Source of the DNA: Heterodontus francisci
Lineage: Eukaryota
Direction: 5' to 3'
DNA length: 64,000 bases
Assembly (NCBI RefSeq): GCF_036365525.1
Contig: NC_090399.1
Span: forward strand, 51,988,430-52,052,429
The position numbers were made by a program, and so were the translations under genes. Positions 61,601 through 64,000 of this stretch are shown here, piece after piece. Positions within the stretch are counted from its first letter, which is position 1. Every line of letters starts with the position of its first letter. The notes beneath the pieces are model-generated. The model saw nothing but the letters and a program-made list of their open reading frames with translations, did not search any database and was not told the DNA's origin.

Positions 61601-62310
61601 CATTAAATACCGTGGAGGGGTCAGCTACCAGAGGGGCCTTTTGATCAATACGCTGGTTAGCCTTTCTATAGTCGACAGTAAGCCACCAGATCCTGTTTGG
61701 TTTCTGTACTGGCTACACAGGGCTGTTTGAGGTACTGTGTGTTTTAACCAGCACGCCTCGCTCCTCTAGCTGTCTAATTACAGGTAGGATTCATGCAATA
61801 GATGTTTGACTGGGGTATTTAGTACAGGGTGGAGGAATCTTGTCAACGTTGCTGGTTCCATCTGGAGTAGCCCACAATCGTTCTTATCCTGGGCCCATAT
61901 TGGGTGCTCCCTCAGCTGCTCTTTCTTCAAACTTCTGATAGACCAAGTTACCTGGCTGCCTTCGAAATGCAACGAGGAGTTCAGCTAGGTGAGAACATAC
62001 ATACTGAGAAGGGCTTGTCCACGGGACCTATCCAGACCAGTGTTATCAATTCATGTGGACCAAGACCAATGCGTACGGGCTGGGCCCTCTTAATTACCAA
62101 CCCATTGCCCCCAGCTCCGTGAGCTGTTTTAGTCTTACCGTCCATCGGTAGGGAGTTTCTGTATTGAGGGAGGCACATAAATTCGGCTCCGGTATCCAAT
62201 CGGCATTCTACGTCTTGGTCGCCCACCCTCGCATTTACATACAATCCATCTTTTCTATGTTCTATTAGAGCCAGGAGAGGTGCCAAAAAAGTGAGGGAGG
62301 GCTCCTCTAG
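58613..62310 (-). pseudogene. pol: ERV pro-pol (PR, RT, tether, RNase H, IN) with multiple frameshifts and stops
   Basis: LDTGA; LPQGFHNSP...QYMDD; LILFTD, ANIYTDSQYAFG; LQVDYI...IVDKFSRWVE; EGPFQVLLTT. Confidence 0.92.
60524..60857 (+). mobile_element. HE1/V-SINE-like SINE inserted in the ERV pol
   Basis: Splits the ...KQRP|IGYYSKKLD motif. Confidence 0.9.
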
Positions 62311-63861
62311 TTTTTTGTCACATCGAGTAAGGAGGACATCTTCTGTTGCTGGGGTGTCAACTCTTTGAACTTCTCAGAGGTCGTTGCCATCAGTGGAGGG
62401 AGCCAGTTTGGGTGCCGGGTTGCATCCTTGGCGTCCTCTGCTTCGTCCTCTCTCTTTACATGTCTTAGCCCAATGGCCTTCCTTCCCGCAGTAATAACAG
62501 GGGCCGGATCGCCTATCTTGTTCTTTGTCAGGATCTTTCGGTACTCTATCCGTCTGCAGGGCTTGAAGCTTGACTCCCATATCCCTGTCCAGCTGAGCGC
62601 ATCTGTCAATTAACTGAGTATTTTACTCTTACTGCGTCCCACTCCGGTAGGGTGGCCTGCAGTATTTTAGACAATTCTGGCTTTAGTCCAGCAACAAAAG
62701 CCTGTTTTTAAGGGTCCAAAACTGGTGTCGTCTCGATCCTCTGGAGTAGGGTCATCCATCCCTGAGTATTCCACCCAGGTGGACCTAAACCTCTTCATAC
62801 TCCTGCACTTCGAGTTCTTCTGACAGGCTGCAATTTTGCCCCAGTCTGTTTTTGCAGGACAAAACTCTTGCAACCATGTGTTAATCACCATCCATCTGGC
62901 ATCTAGTAGTTGACAATCTTCACCCAAAGCAGTTTGGACCTCTCTCCTTGGCTTTCGGCTCGCTCACCTGGGCACCATTACGGTCAGAATCTGTACCCTG
63001 TCCCATGGATGGAGATTGTAAATTCCTTTTTAATTGTTCCAGCTGCTCCCATGTTTTCAGACCCCCTTTCTTCAGGTCAGGCAATCTTGTGGACCACTTG
63101 TCGATTTTTCTCGGGCAGCCGGGAAGTGTGTCCAGTACGTGTTGTGCTCGGCCGCGGTGACCTTGTTACCGTCCACAGTCCTCTTTTCTGTCTTGACCTT
63201 AACGCACTTCTGTTTAAGGGGAGCTAGTCACAGAAAAGGTAACCCATCATTGTCACTTTCTTCGCTGGAGGACTCTGCTTCCACTAGACCTGCTTCACGT
63301 AGTTGCATCTTCCGTTCCTTTTGTAACGACTTCAAACTCTGATACAAGTTAGTTGGAGGTGGTCGGCAGGGTTCGCAGAGCTGTCCCAATTCCTTCGGTT
63401 GGGTCGTCTGCTGGTCTTGTTTGTAGTTCTTTAATTTCAATCTCTAGCCTTTCCTTTTTCAGATTTTTCAATTTCTAACTGTTCCGATTTAAGCTTTTCC
63501 TTTTTCAGTTGTTCGCAGACTGCCTTCAGTTGATCCTTTGCACTAGTTAGGTCGCGATCATATTGGGCTTGTCACATAATCTCATTACGCTGCCGGATCT
63601 GGCCCATTACAGCTTGGGACCATTGGGTCTGTTCTCTCTCTCCTTTTTTAAATGGGTTGTTTTTCCCCAGACTCCCTTTATATCTTCCAAGGACCACTGT
63701 CCTGTGGAGGTGCCATATTTTTGCCCAATTTCGGTGTATATTTTAACCAGATTAAACTGTTGCTCTACATATTCTTTTAACTGCCGAAGTATTTCATCTT
63801 TGGGAACGTCAGGTGGGGCCCGCCCCCCCTTTGATGGTGGTTGGTTGCCTTCGACTGTCAT
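62307..63861 (-). pseudogene. gag: ERV gag remnant
   Basis: Charged coiled-coil-like N-terminal part, LHPWD..QIL, TDWGKIAACQ capsid-like motif, single zinc knuckle CYYCGKEGHWAKTC; 5' LTR and PBS lie beyond the window. Confidence 0.85.
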
Positions 63862-64000
63862 TTTATCAATTCGAGTAGGGAAGTAGGTCTCGAGCCATTA
63901 GGCTTTTCGGCCGAGTAGGTATTTCGTCAAATACCGCCAAGTTAGACTCCTATAAAAAGGCCTCGAGCTGCAAAAGAATTCTGAATCGCGTGGCAGGGAA

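Overview
This window is eukaryotic, repeat-dense DNA from a cartilaginous fish (HE1/V-SINE-type shark SINEs, CR1, L2, Penelope, RTE, Tx1), and it appears to lie in the MHC class II region. On the + strand it holds the last coding exon (CP/TM/CYT, 5311-5458) and a probable 3'-UTR exon (~17846-18165) of an MHC class II alpha gene. A ~9.3-kb satellite sits in the intron between them. About 27 kb downstream, on the same strand, are the promoter and leader exon (45620-45722) of a probable MHC class II beta gene. That promoter has an X-box-like motif followed by a ~25-bp-periodic array of up to ten Y-box (CCAAT) units and a TATA box. No beta exon 2 is visible, so intron 1 exceeds 18 kb. It contains a Gmr1-like LTR element interrupted by an antisense, decayed endogenous retrovirus whose gag/pro junction has a -1 frameshift slippery site (A AAA AAC), although its env is gamma-type (CWVC). 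Between the two genes are nested Gmr1-like (integrase-before-RT) LTR retrotransposons, one carrying a tandem array of ~8 tRNA-Pro PBS copies. Nearly all ORFs in the supplied track are transposon remnants or artefacts of tandem repeats. Family assignments come from motif recognition, not database searches.
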